Below, in pieces: positions 1 to 12,535 of a stretch of DNA of 64,000 nucleotides (position 1 is its first letter; the number at the start of each line of letters is the position of its first letter). The notes under the pieces are model-generated. The model worked only from the letters and a program-made list of their open reading frames with translations, had not been told where the DNA came from and did no database searches. Where the stretch lies: the NCBI RefSeq assembly GCF_006345805.1, contig NC_043000.1:147436001-147500000 (forward strand), written 5' to 3'. This DNA is from Octopus sinensis. Lineage: Eukaryota. Position numbers and translations under genes: made by a program.

Positions 1-304
1 GTAAAACATAAAAACAGTTTATATATCACATTAGGGGTTGCTATATCAGTACACAATATGGCCTTCGTGTGCAAAATGTTGAGTAAATATTTCACAAATA
101 GCTTCAAGATACAAGCTTGTACTAAACTATTAGTGCACGTAAACTTTAAAATTCTTAGATGATTTGGAATTTTAGATGTCTGATAGGATCAAAATTTACA
201 TAACTTACGTATCGCTGGATTTGGCCATTGAATAATATCAGTCCAAGCGTTTGTATCAAGCAAATGTCTTGTACATTTAGGGGGAAATGGTCAGCAGTAT
301 AATG

Positions 305-366
<62 letters not shown>

Positions 367-633
367 CATGGCTAATAGGAGCATAATGAGACACCCATAT
401 CTGCATGGCCGAAACAGCTGTAAGATGTAGTTTATATTTATATTTGTATTTATTTATATTCACCTATACATACTATACTTATTGTATCATATTACTCTTT
501 CATGTACATTGTTTTGTTCTATATTATTATGTTTGACCTTAATGTTCATATGTAGTGGTTTAATAAATTATGTGATTGGGTATTATCTGGTAGTTGATCA
601 TTGATTAAGATGTGTTTCTCCATTTTCTTATTT

Positions 634-671
<38 letters not shown>

Positions 672-716
672 TATAGATATATATATATATATATATACAT
701 ATAAATATATATAAAT
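1..716. repeat. Copy 1 of a near-identical direct duplication (copy 2 at 1563-2252)
   Basis: gtaaaacataaaaacagttt... starts at 1 and again at 1563; the copies differ by single-A indels and TA-tract lengths and diverge inside a (TA)n tract. Confidence 0.9.
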
Positions 717-780
717 ATGAACACGCAGACGTGTGCTAACATACTTATATTCAGACACATACAAAGTTACCTTCAGACAT

Positions 781-822
781 GTGTGTGTGTGTGTGTGTGT
801 GGTGTGTGTGTGTGTGTGTGTA

Positions 823-853
<31 letters not shown>

Positions 854-1177
854 ATGTGTGTATGTGTGTATGTGTGTGTGTGTGTATGTGTGTATGTATG
901 TATGTATGTATGTATGTATGTATGTGTGTATATATATGTGTGTGTATACATACATAAATATATCTATATATATATTTACATACGTATACACATACACACA
1001 TCCATACATACATGCATACATACATACATGCATGCATGCATACATACATACATACATACAATACATACATACATATATGCATGCATACATACATACATAT
1101 ATACATGCATGCATGCATACATACATACATACATACATACATACATACATACATACATACATACATACATACATGCA

Positions 1178-1210
<33 letters not shown>

Positions 1211-1372
1211 GCATGCATACATACATACATATATACATGCATGCATGCATACATACATACATACATACATACATACATACATACATACATACATACATGC
1301 ATGCATGCATGCATGCATACATACATACATACATACATACATACATACATACATACATACATACATACATAC
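781..1372. repeat. Compound (TG)n/(TATG)n/(CATA)n microsatellite
   Basis: Direct reading; source of the MYVC/HTYI pseudo-ORFs. Confidence 0.95.
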
Positions 1373-1562
1373 AAAGACAAATCTGATATTCAGTGATCTT
1401 CAAAATATTACTTCACACAAGTGTGAGAACTTTCTTGTATTTTTAGTGTCATATGACCACCCTGTTTGTAAACATTTCTAAAGTGTTCTTAGATTCCCAT
1501 AATTGTAGACAGCACGAAGAAGTTACTTTTAGAACATTCATTGATGCTTACATTCTTCCAAC

Positions 1563-1866
1563 GTAAAACATAAAAACAGTTTATATATCACATTAGGGGT
1601 TGCTATATCAGTACACAATATGGCCTTCGTGTGCAAAATGTTGAGTAAATATTTCACAAATAGCTTCAAGATACAAGCTTGTACTAAACTATTAGTGCAC
1701 GTAAACTTTAAAATTCTTAGATGATTTGGAATTTTAGATGTCTGATAGGATCAAAATTTACATAACTTACGTATCGCTGGATTTGGCCATTGAATAATAT
1801 CAGTCCAAGCGTTTGTATCAAGCAATGTCTTGTACATTTAGGGGGAAATGGTCAGCAGTATAAATG

Positions 1867-1920
<54 letters not shown>

Positions 1921-2184
1921 GGCTAATAGGAGCATAATGAGACACCCATATCTGCATGGCCGAAACAGCTGTAAGATGTAGTTTATATTTATATTTGTAT
2001 TTATTTATATTCACCTATACATACTATACTTATTGTATCATATTACTCTTTCATGTACATTGTTTTGTTCTATATTATTATGTTTGACCTTAATGTTCAT
2101 ATGTAGTGGTTTAATAAATTATGTGATTGGGTATTATCTGGTAGTTGATCATTGATTAAGATGTGTTTCTCCATTTTCTTATTT

Positions 2185-2222
<38 letters not shown>

Positions 2223-2252
2223 TATAGATATATATATATATATATACATATA
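1563..2252. repeat. Copy 2 of the direct duplication of 1-716
   Basis: Near-identical to 1-716, offset 1562 bp. Confidence 0.9.
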
Positions 2253-2319
2253 TAATCAAAATAAGCAACAGGATATCAAGAGGTGATGCAGTACGACCGT
2301 TTCAAGCAACTCCATTTAA

Positions 2320-2930
2320 TTGAACAAAGAAATAAAACCCCACAATATGGTAGAAGCTATAACCACTCGTAATAAAAAGGAATACTGGTGGAATGTACCA
2401 GTGAAGACCCCAATAAAATGTAAGCACAACATACCTGATATAAGGATTTGGGAGAAAGAAGAGAAACTGTGCACAGCTGTAGAAATTAGCTGCCCAGCGG
2501 ATGTTAACATAAAGCTGAAGATCAGTGAAAAAGAGAACACTTACGCTGAACTATTGAGAAATCTGCACTTACTCTATCCAGATTACAAGTTCAGGTTTAT
2601 ACCTGTAATTATTGGAGCTCTGAGATATGTAACACACTGCTTAAATACCAATATTGAGAAATTAGGCTTTTCAAAACAAGAAAGGAGAAAGCTAATTCGA
2701 AGATTACAGATCCAATCGATCACTGGAACTGTAAAAATCTGTAAAACTTTCCAGAAGTTTATCATTTAAATATATATGAGCATGTCTAGATATGCAACTA
2801 TATGGATGAGGAAACATACAAATCTGCACATACATACACACACATATACATGCATGCATGCATACATACATACATACATACATACATACATACATACATA
2901 CATACATACATACATACATACATACATACA
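2320..2930 (+). mobile_element. 3' end of a non-LTR retrotransposon with restriction-like endonuclease (RLE; R4/NeSL-like), ending in a (CATA)n tail
   Basis: ORF 2320-2769 has PDI...VEISCP.D.N..K..EK..Y..L and PVIIGAL, the PD-(D/E)xK RLE C-terminus; short 3' UTR then (CATA)n. Confidence 0.85.
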
Positions 2931-3285
2931 AAATACCCTGTTGTTGATGTTGAAATTCCAATGAAGGAACCTTGCATCTAGGTTAGAAACCGCTTCTTTC
3001 TCTATTGGCAAGAAATCTTGAAATAAACTGAATAAGGACATACATACATGCATACATACATACATACATACATACATACATACATACATACATACATACA
3101 TACATACATACATACATACATGCATGCATGCATGCATGCATGCATGCATACATACATACATACATACATACATACATACAAAAATGCTGAAATTCCAATG
3201 AAGGAGCCTTGGATCCAAGTTAGAAATCGGTTCTTTCTCTATTGGCAAGAAATCTTGAAATAAACTGAATAATGACGTACATATG
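2931..3285 (+). repeat. Two tandem ~90-100 bp units, each followed by CATA-type repeats
   Basis: gaaattccaatgaagga...cttgaaataaactgaataa near 2950-3035 and again near 3190-3272. Confidence 0.75.
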
Positions 3286-3665
3286 TGTCGAAGTGATCGC
3301 AGAGCAACGTGACATGAAGTGTTTTGCTCAAGAACACAACGCACCGCCCGCTCTAAGAATTGAAACCACGATCTCGCGATCATGAGAGCAACACCCTAAT
3401 CACTAGGCCATGCGTTCACGCTTAGTCTTTCTTTTAATTTGCGATGCATTGAGGATCACTTGGCTGCATTGAGATCCAATTTCTGTTGATAAGATTTCGA
3501 AGAGATTGGCATTCGAGTAAGGCTTACATTGCAGCGTTAGATATACTTCTTGGCTGAAAGCCACACCGGTTGTTTGTGCTTCAAGTTTATTTCAATCATT
3601 TTGCATTGCAACTGTTTACAGTATACGTGCAAATGTTCTTTGATTATTCGCAGTTCACTACCGAA

Positions 3666-4024
3666 GTATGTATGTATGTATGTATGTATGTATGTATGTA
3701 TGTATGTATGTATGTATGTATGTATGTATGTGTGTATGTGTATGTATGTATGTATGTGTGTATGTGTGTATGTGTGTGTGTGTGTGTGTATGTGTGTGTA
3801 TGTGTGTGTGTATGTGTGTGTATGTGTGTGTGTATGTGTGTGTATGTGTGTATATGTGTGTATGTGTGTGTATGTGTATGTGTGTGTGTATGTGTGTGTG
3901 TGTGTCTCTGTGTGTGTGTCTGTCTGTGTGTGTGTGTATGTGTGTATGTGAGTATGTATGTATGTATGTATGTGTGTATGTGTGTATGTATGTATGTATG
4001 TATGTATGTATGTATGTATGTATG

Positions 4025-4055
<31 letters not shown>

Positions 4056-4420
4056 GTGTGTATGTATGTATGTATGTGCAGATTTGTATGTTTTATGTAT
4101 GTATTCTCATGCATATAGTTGCATATCTAGACATGCTCATATATATTTAAATGATAAACTTCTGGAAAGTTTTACAGATTTTTACAGTTCCAGTGATCGA
4201 TTGGATCTGTAGTCTTCGAATTAGCTTTAATGGAATCTCCAATAGGTCTTATCGCTTTATTCTGTCTCTTGTAAACAAGTTTATTTTTGCTTCTTTGTGA
4301 GGTTGTGAATATGGGCCATGACCGAAAAGTGAAGGATTTTTTTTATTACTGAATTTGAAACAAATACAATGTACAATAAAAATACCGATACTTCGAGTAT
4401 GCTAGTGTTATTTGAGGTAC
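3666..4420 (-). mobile_element. Inverted, internally different copy of the RLE-LINE 3' end with a long (TATG/TG)n tail
   Basis: ~4080-4227 is the reverse complement of ~2690-2830; upstream of that the sequence does not match the ORF. Confidence 0.75.
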
Positions 4421-4431
4421 ACAGTTGTTCT

Positions 4432-4849
4432 TATTTCTTTATTGCCCACAAGGGGCTACACACAGAGGGGACAAACAAGGACAGACAAAGAGATTAAGTC
4501 GATTACATCGACCCCAGTGCGTAACTGGTACTTAATTTATCGACCCCGAAAGGATGAAGTGCAAAGTCGACCTCGGCGGAATTTGAACTCAGAACGTAAC
4601 GGCAGGCGAAATACCTATTTCTTTATTACCCACAAGAGGCTAAACATAGAGGGGACAAACAAGGACAGACAAAAGGAATTAAGTCGATTACATCGACCCC
4701 AGTGCGTAACTGGTACTTAATTTATCGACCCCGAAAGGATGAAAGGCAAAGTCGACCTCGGCGGAATTTGAACTCAGAGCGTAACGGCAGACGAAATACC
4801 GCTAAGCATTTCGCCCAGTGCCCTAACATTTCTGCCAGTTCACCGCCTT
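4432..4849 (-). mobile_element. Nin/Deu-domain SINE with duplicated body (dimer)
   Basis: Contains the reverse complement of gcctttcatcctttcggggtcgataaattaagtacc twice; internal junction atacc at 4611-4615. Confidence 0.85.
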
Positions 4850-5115
4850 CATAGTTGTTCTGTTGTGTATGTAGCTGTCACACTGTTCTTAGCGAATTTG
4901 AAGAAAATGGAAGTGATGCCAGCAATTCTATGCAGAAGATATCATTGTAGGTTTTGTTTTCATGTAGTTTACCATGAGCAAGCTAGTTTACCCATTCTGC
5001 TCTGAACAGTATCTGTTGGAGAGCAGGTTGTTCCGATTCTGCATAAACGATGGAACTTCCGAATCTGTTATTAACACTTATTCCGTTTGCGGAGAAATCG
5101 AGAGCTCTTCGATGC

Positions 5116-5500
5116 CTGTGTGGTAAGTAGCTTGCTAACCAACCACATGGTTCCGGGTTCAGTCCCACTGCGTGGCATCTTGGGCAAGTGTCTTCTGCTA
5201 TAGCTCCGGGCCGACCAATGCTTTGTGAGTGGATTTGGTAGACGGAAACTGAAAGAAGCCTGTCGTATATATGTATATATATATATATGTATGTGTGTGT
5301 GTTTGTCCCCCTAGCATTGCTTGACAACCGATGCTGGTGTGTTTATGTCCCCGTCACTTAGCGGTTCGGCAAAAGAGACCGATAGAATAAGTACTGGGCT
5401 TACAAAGAATAAGTCCCGGGGTCGAGTTGCTCGACTAAAGGCGGTGCTCCAGCATGGCCGCAGTCAAATGGCTGAAACAAGTAAAAGTAAAAGTAAAGTA
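5116..5500 (+). mobile_element. tRNA-derived CORE-like SINE, 5'-truncated
   Basis: cttgggcaagtg CORE-like motif, central TA/TG tract, gtaaaa-repeat tail. Confidence 0.85.
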
Positions 5501-5772
5501 TCCCCCGTACGATCGCTCAAGTTGCTAGAAATAGCAGTCAAATTTCGTCAAATCACACCCTGCCATCTTAAAAATCAGGAAGGACACGTTTTACAACGTA
5601 CTCCTACATAAACAAGAGATGGACGTAGCGGAACGCATAGGTCTGCGTGATTAACAACAGTCTCTCGTTTCACACAATACTTGCTCGCTGTTATAATCAA
5701 GTAAACTTATAGAAACTCAAATCTCAGCAGCTTCTTACTCAACCTGAGGCTTGGCACTAAACGTGTAACAAA

Positions 5773-6340
5773 TACTGGGTTGTCCAGAAAGTTCGTGCCG
5801 ATTTTTAAAGGAAAGAAAAAGGTCAATAAATACTTGTCATTACATTTTTAATTAACCAAATATGAACCATTTTGTTGCACAATGCGTCTCCATCTTTCCT
5901 TTAACTTGAAAATACCCTCTTCTCAGAATTGGGGGTGGTTTCATGGCAAAGAATTCATCAAGGTATCTTTTTACGTCATCCAAGGAACTGAAATTTTTAC
6001 CATTAAGACTATTCTGCAGAGACCTGAATAAGTGGAAATCCGAAGGAGCAATATCTGGTGAATATGGAGGGTGGGGTAACACATCCTAGCCGAGCTGCAG
6101 CAATTTTTTTCTGGTTCCCAAAGCATCAAGTGCCGAAAATGAACTTTCTTATCTTCCATTTTAAGGGGTTACATACAGAACACAGGTTATAGGAACATAA
6201 ACCTTCCACGAAAAGATAGCTTAAACTGTGCTCTAAATGGAGGTGTAGTCAAATCCTATTTTATGGACTCAGCCATGTTTTAAAATAAGTCGAAAGGTAA
6301 GATACTATAAATCGGCATGAACTTTCCGGACAACCCAATA
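5773..6340 (-). mobile_element. Internally deleted mariner (DD34D-type) transposon
   Basis: ~30-bp TIRs (tactgggttgtccagaaagttc / gaactttccggacaacccaata) with TA ends; YSPDIAPSD motif in ORF 5852-6082 fused to N-terminal MEDKKVHFRH. Confidence 0.9.
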
Positions 6341-6378
6341 GAATTCCCGAAGAACAGAAATTAGAGAAATATATATGA

Positions 6379-6775
6379 CTAGCAGTATCGCCCGGCGTTG
6401 CTCGGGTTTGTAAGGGAAATAACTATATAAGCATTTTTAGAGATTTATAGCCAAAAAATAGCAAAAAATGCATTAAAAATGGGAAAAAAATTATGGTAAA
6501 TTTTTTTTTAAATCGTTGACTCATCGTAGACATTTTTAGAGAGTTACTTTCCTTATATAATAGTGAAAAAATGTATTAAAATGGAAAAAAATGATGGTAA
6601 ATTTTTTTTAAAATCGTAGACTCATCGTAGACACACGCTAATACCCAGAAGGGCTCGATATGAATCACGACTATAAGATACTCGGTTTTGGTTAAACTGC
6701 ACCGCAAAATGTGGGATTAGTTAGGAATCTAAATCGTAGGAGACAGACACACAACTTCACTTTTATATATAAAGA
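6379..6775 (-). mobile_element. Non-autonomous Helitron, copy A
   Basis: Minus strand 5'-TC, 3'-CTAG, subterminal hairpin cccgagcaacgccggg, inserted at A|T. Confidence 0.8.
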
Positions 6776-7245
6776 TTTCTCAATTTTAGTTGGAATTCTT
6801 TCTCAACATAATAGAATGGTGCGAAGATATTGATGTCTATAAGTAATGCTGCATTTAAAATCTCTTTGACGGGGGTGGTGTGTTGTGTCTTTAAGCAAGG
6901 TACATCATTTCACGTTGCATCTTTCTATTCAGCTGCAATTAGTACCTTCGAGTGCCGGTGCAGCTTCCACCCTCTCCAGTGGAAGGGCCGACTGGGTGCC
7001 TATGTCTGTTCACGACTGTATAAACACATAAAACAACTAATTAAAACATAATACGGCCGACCAAGTCATATTTGTCTGCAAGTGACAGCTGTACTTACTC
7101 TTTCAAAGAAACAGTTCTACTAAGCACCTTCGGATTATTTTGCTTCCGTTGCACTTTCTTGAACCAAGAGGATTCTACTGAATGATTTCAGTAGACAAAC
7201 GTACCAAACTCAGCACGCATTCTGGACTTATTACATTATAATCCA

Positions 7246-7641
7246 CTAGCAGTATCGCCCGGCGTTGCTCGGGTTTGTAAGGGAAATAACTATATAAGCA
7301 TTTTTAGAGAGTTATAACCAAAAATAGCAAAAAAATGCATTAAAAATGGAAAAAAAATGATGGTAAATTTTTTTAAATCGTTGACTCATCGTAGACATTT
7401 TTAGAGAGTTACTTCCCTTATATACTAGCGAAAAAATGCATTAAAATGGAAAAAAATTATGGTAATTTTTTTTTTTAAATCGTAGACTCATCGTAGATGC
7501 GCGCTAATACTCAGAAGGGCTCGATATGAATCACGACTATAAGATACCCGGTTTTGGTTAAACTGCACCGCAAAATGTGGGAGTAGTTAGGAATCTAAAT
7601 TGTAGGAGACAGACACACAACCTTACTTTTATATATAAAGA
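7246..7641 (-). mobile_element. Non-autonomous Helitron, copy B
   Basis: Same termini and hairpin as copy A. Confidence 0.8.
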
Positions 7642-7843
7642 TTTTCAGTTTTTACGAAACAGGTTTCGCCTTATAGCATTGCAAAGTATTGGAAAACTGG
7701 TTTTAATTAATCCGAAGCAAGAAAAATTAGAAACTTAAAAGTTTTAGTTGTTCTTATTTGATATTCAGTCCCGTCAACGGTTTCAGTTCAGTCCATGCTA
7801 CCGTGCTTCGCAATAGAGATGGTTCAGTTCAGAATAATATATA

Positions 7844-8238
7844 TCTTTATATATAAAAGTCAAGTTGTGTGTCTGTCTCCTACGATTTAGATTCCTAACT
7901 ACTCCCACATTTTGCGGTGCAGTTTAACCAAAACCGGGTATCTTATAGTCGTGATTCATATCGAGCCCTTCTGGGTATTAGCGCGCGTCGACGATGAGTC
8001 TACGATTTAAAAAATAATTTAGCATCATTTTTTCCCATTTTAATGCATTTTTCGCTATTATATAAGGGAAGTAACTCTCTAAAAATGTCTACGACTAGTC
8101 AACGATTTTTAAAAAATTTACCATCATTTTTTTTCCATTTTTAATGCATTTTTTGCTATTTTTTGGCTATAACTCTCTAAAAATGCTTATATAATTATTT
8201 CCCTTACAAACCTGAGCAACGCCGGACGATACTGCTAG
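7844..8238 (+). mobile_element. Non-autonomous Helitron, copy C
   Basis: a|tctttatatataaaag ... gatactgctag|t. Confidence 0.8.
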
Positions 8239-8929
8239 TTTTCTATAAACGTTTCAGTTTATCAGAAAGAACTTATCAATCATATCCTTACAAACCCCTT
8301 TGCAAAAATCTATGTTCAACTCTAATACGTCCTTCTTCGCGCTGTTTTTCTGTAATGTAGCTGTATTTTGACATTTAAAAAACCCAGACGATCTATTATT
8401 AACTACCCAACTGATTTGGAAGCTGACCACGACCATTAGACAACTGATGTACTGAATGTTTGTTCTATCATTTCTACTGGATCGCCTTGGTGAGCCTCAC
8501 TTCCCCTGACTCTGTACTAAACGCTTCACCTAGTCCTTTCTTTCAATGGCGGAGCGTGGGTTTCCACCGCCCTGTGCAATAGCCAAATTGGCCGCCTTCT
8601 TTGGACGTAACTCACCGACTAATAGCAAACACGCGTGTGTATAGCAGCCCCACTGAGCAGTTTGTACATCCCACTACGCCACTGCATTCTTTCCATAACT
8701 ACAACCCAAAAGAACAAAATTTTTCTAACGTGTTTTTACTTCAAATCTTGGACTTACAGAAAACTTAATATCAATTGCATTGACTTTAATAGTTAAAAAA
8801 AGGGTGTCATAGATAGGAAAAAGTGTACCATCTTTGACTTAGTTTGTTTGGCGGTTCCGCAGATTTTTGGGGTTCGTTTCTTTCTTCGTTTGTTTGTTTT
8901 CTTGTTTTGTTTTCATGTTAATTGTTAGT

Positions 8930-9320
8930 GTGGAGGCGCAATGGCCCAGTGGTTAGGGCAGCGGACTCGCGGTCATAGGATCGCGGTTTCGATTCCCAGA
9001 CCGGGCGTTGTGAGTGTTTATTGAGCGAAAACACCTAAAGGCTCCACGAGGCTCTGGCAGGGATGGTGGTGATCCCTGCTGTACTCTTTCACCACAACTT
9101 TCTCTCACTCTTACTTCCTGTTTCTGTTGTACCTGTATTTCAAAGGGCCGGCCTTGTCACTCTCTGTGTCACGCTGAACATCCCCGAGAACTACGTTAAG
9201 GGTACACGTGTCTGTGGAGTGCTCTGTCACTTACACGTTAATTTCACGAGCAAGCTGTTCCGTTGATTCGGATCAACCGGAACCCTCGTCGTTGTAACCG
9301 ACGGAGTGCTTCCAAATTCC
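8930..9320 (+). mobile_element. tRNA-derived long SINE with 10-bp TSD
   Basis: A-box/B-box-like head (tggcccagtggttagg; ggtttcgattccc); TSD aattgttagt at 8920-8929 and 9321-9330. Confidence 0.85.
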
Positions 9321-9931
9321 AATTGTTAGTATTGTTGTTTAAGACTAGAAGCATGATTGTATCTTAAAATTGGAATAGAATTTTTATTGTTACAGGTGAA
9401 ATTTTTTTGTTGTTTTTTATTGTTTAAAATGGGAGTATGTGCTTACAGGGAGATTTGGCGGCAGTTTCTAGAAGATCGAGCGACTGCATAGATTCCATCG
9501 CGAGATGAAAAATAGACATTATTCAATTGATATTTCTTAGGAGTTCAAATTGAAGGGTATTTAATTTATTTCTGTCTTCTTTTTCTTGGGATAAAATAGG
9601 ACAAATTATACTTGCAAATTTTAACTTTCCTTTCATTTTCACAAATAAATAATGTCCTAACTTATAAAAATTCAAACATGAAATTTTTTATTGTTATAGA
9701 AATAGTGATAAATTGAAGAAATGTTTCACTAAAGCTTGACCACCGTAATTTACAGTAAATCAAAGTATTTTATATTATAAATCAGCAAGTCCACGAAATA
9801 GATAAACAATTACAGAATATATTCTTCACGATTAACAATCATGATCTTTTCAAACGCTCGACCATCACGAACTCGTGTCACAGCGCCATCTATACAAAAA
9901 TTCTTTCCAATAAATATCGAAAAGTTCTACA

Positions 9932-10336
9932 TAGGCGCAGGAGTGGCTGTGTGGTAAGTAGTTTGCTTACCAACCACATGGTTCCGGGTTCAGTCCCACT
10001 GCGTGGCATCTTGGGCAAGTGTCTTCTACTATAGCCTCGGGCCAACCAATGCCTTGTGAGTGGATTTGGTAGACGGAAACTGAAAGAAGCCTGTCGTATA
10101 TATGTATATATATACATGTGTGTGTGTGTGTTTGTGTGTCTGTGTTTGTCCCCCTGGCATTGCTTGACAACCGATGCTGGTATGTTTATGTCCCCGTTAC
10201 TTAGCGGTTCGGCAAAAGAGACCGATAGAATAAGTACTGGGCTTACAAAAGAATAAGTCCCGGGGTCGAGTTGCTCGATTAAAGGCGGTGCTCCAGCATG
10301 GCCGCAGTCAAATGACTGAAACAAGTAAAAGAGTAA
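9932..10336 (+). mobile_element. CORE-like SINE
   Basis: Full family consensus taggcgcaggagtggc...gagtaa. Confidence 0.85.
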
Positions 10337-10809
10337 TCTGCTTCAATTCTTTCTTGGCATGTAATTAAAAGAACTCAATGTCCGACGGTTAGCAGGATTG
10401 ATGAAATGAAATTCTTACTATGGTTCTCAATATAGCGATTAAATGCAAGTGGTTAGTAGTTCTATGTCATCATACGAACGCCATTGTTCGAGAATATTAT
10501 TGATTTACAATTTCCTAATATTCAACTGTCTGTCTGCTCTTTCTAGTGGTCGGTCGTGTTCAATATAACACAGTAACAGATAGCAAGAACACTACTTAAT
10601 TTCCCTCCATCGAATCATTTCCCCCCCCCCATTTTCTCTTTGATATAGCTAGTAATTTTTTGAATATTGTAAATTTTAAATAAAAATATCAATGAGAAAA
10701 AATTAATTTGATTAACATAATTTATGGACAAAAAAAGATATAGATATCGATATTTGTGAATTTACTGCGTCTTAGTAAAATTACTAGATTATTCCATAGG
10801 AATGCATCA

Positions 10810-11203
10810 TCTTTATATATAAAAGTCAAGTTGTGTATCTGTCTCCTACGATTTAGATTCCTAACTACTCCCTCATTTTGCGGTGCAGTTTAACCAAAAC
10901 CGGGTATCTTATAGTCGTGATTCATATCGAGCCCTTCTGGGTATTAGCACGCGTCTACGATGAGTCTACGATTTTAAAAAAATTACCAACATTTTTTCCA
11001 TTTTAATGCATTTTTTCGCTATTATATAAGGGAAGTAACTCTCTAAAAATGTCTACGATGAGTCAACGATTTAAAAAAAATTTACCATCATTTTTTTCCC
11101 ATTTTTAATGCAATTTTTTGCTATTTTTTTGCTACAACTCTCTAAAAATGCTTATATAGTTATTTCCCTTACAAACCCGAGCAACGCCGGGCGATACTGC
11201 TAG
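10810..11203 (+). mobile_element. Non-autonomous Helitron, copy D
   Basis: TC...CTAG termini at A|T, 3' hairpin. Confidence 0.8.
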
Positions 11204-11785
11204 TTATTAATAAATTACAAATGAAACTACTAAGAAAAAGAAAAAATACTTTAATCAACATAAATCAAAGTACCCCTTCGAGGTAACATGTATTTACGCT
11301 TCTTCGAACTATACCTCAAAATATCCTGTGATCCGTCAACCGACTCTTACGTACTTTCTGTGGAAATAATTTGTTTCGTCTATTTCCAATTTGTATTTCA
11401 AATATGTATCTAGATTGTTCCATCAATAACAACCAGTTGCTCTGAACTAAATAACAACAAACACTCTTCATGAACAATACATCAATCTGCAGCTATTCCG
11501 TTTTGTCCACTTCGTATTCTTTAGTAATTTTCATTGAAAAATATATCCTTAAACGACAGTTTGAATAATTAACGTCTCTTACAGAAAAAAAAAGCAACTT
11601 TTTCTTACAGTAGCTTTTACATCATGGACTTCATTGCCAGCGATATTTTCCGCAGTTTGAGCATATTTATTAATTTGTAATTAACTTGACTATTTCATTC
11701 TTTATTTAGCCCTTTTCGGTAAACCTCACAAATCTGTGAAAAATAACGATCGTCTCCTTACAAACCAGGCCTATTTATACAACCA

Positions 11786-12169
11786 GTGGAGGCGCAATGG
11801 CTCAGTGGTTAGGGCAGCGGACTCGCGGTCGTAGGATCGCGGTTTCGATTCCCAGACCGGGCGTTGTGAGTGTTTATTGAGCGAAAACACCTAAAGCTCC
11901 ACGAGGCTCCGGAAGGGGATGGTGGTGATCCCTGCTGTACTCTTTCACCACAACTTTCTCTCACTCTTTCTTCCTGTTTCTGTTGTACCTGTATTTCAAA
12001 GGGCCGGCCTTGTCACTCTCTGTGTCACGCTGAATATCCCCGAGAACTACGTTAAGGGTACACGTGTCTGTGGAGTGCTCAGCCACTTACACGTTAATTT
12101 CACGAGCAGGCTGTTCCGTTGATTCGGATCAACCGGAACCCTGGTCGTCGTAACCGACGGAGTGCTTCC
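11786..12169 (+). mobile_element. tRNA-derived long SINE
   Basis: Near-identical to 8930-9320. Confidence 0.85.
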
Positions 12170-12535
12170 CACACAGTGCATAGATAGGCTCTACATAAAC
12201 ACAATTGTCTTACTGGTAACTGGGCTATTATATACAATTGTGTAAAAACATGAAAAAAAATTCCTTGTTCAATCCACCTGTGTACGGTAAGGATGTTGTG
12301 ATAGTAAATAGATGCAATAAAACAATGAGTGGCTGACAGAAATGTTGAAAACCAGATCACGGAAGAACGGGCAAAAGTGACAGGTAATAAATTACAGACA
12401 GAAGGTCACCCAAGTCGTGTGAAAATTACTTTTATTTAAGTGGAACTGGTATGTTATCAGTTACATCATCCAAATTTATATTCCATCTTAACAAAATTCC
12501 TAAATAATCTAATACAATCACATCATCTTGAATAA

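Noticed and set aside
546-1481. Long ORFs (up to 285 aa) of MYVC/HTYI repeats
   Set aside because: Translations of stop-free CATA/TG microsatellite; the same applies at 3550-4212, 26478-27424 and 38120-38558
4432-4849. Regularly repeated units resembling a CRISPR-like array
   Set aside because: Units are ~185-bp SINE bodies with no unique spacers, and there are no cas genes in this eukaryotic DNA
4983-5327. ORF containing DFSANGISV, reminiscent of a BPI beta-strand
   Set aside because: Half of the ORF is SINE, there is no acceptor before the motif, and the remaining residues do not fit BPI
8930-9005. tRNA-like sequence
   Set aside because: It is the head of a multi-copy SINE with TSDs, not a tRNA gene
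9014-9266. Recurrent ORFs MFIERKHLK / MVVIPAVLFHH, and MTTDAGVF / MRNWYLIYRP elsewhere
   Set aside because: They recur because they are SINE translations; frames break differently between copies
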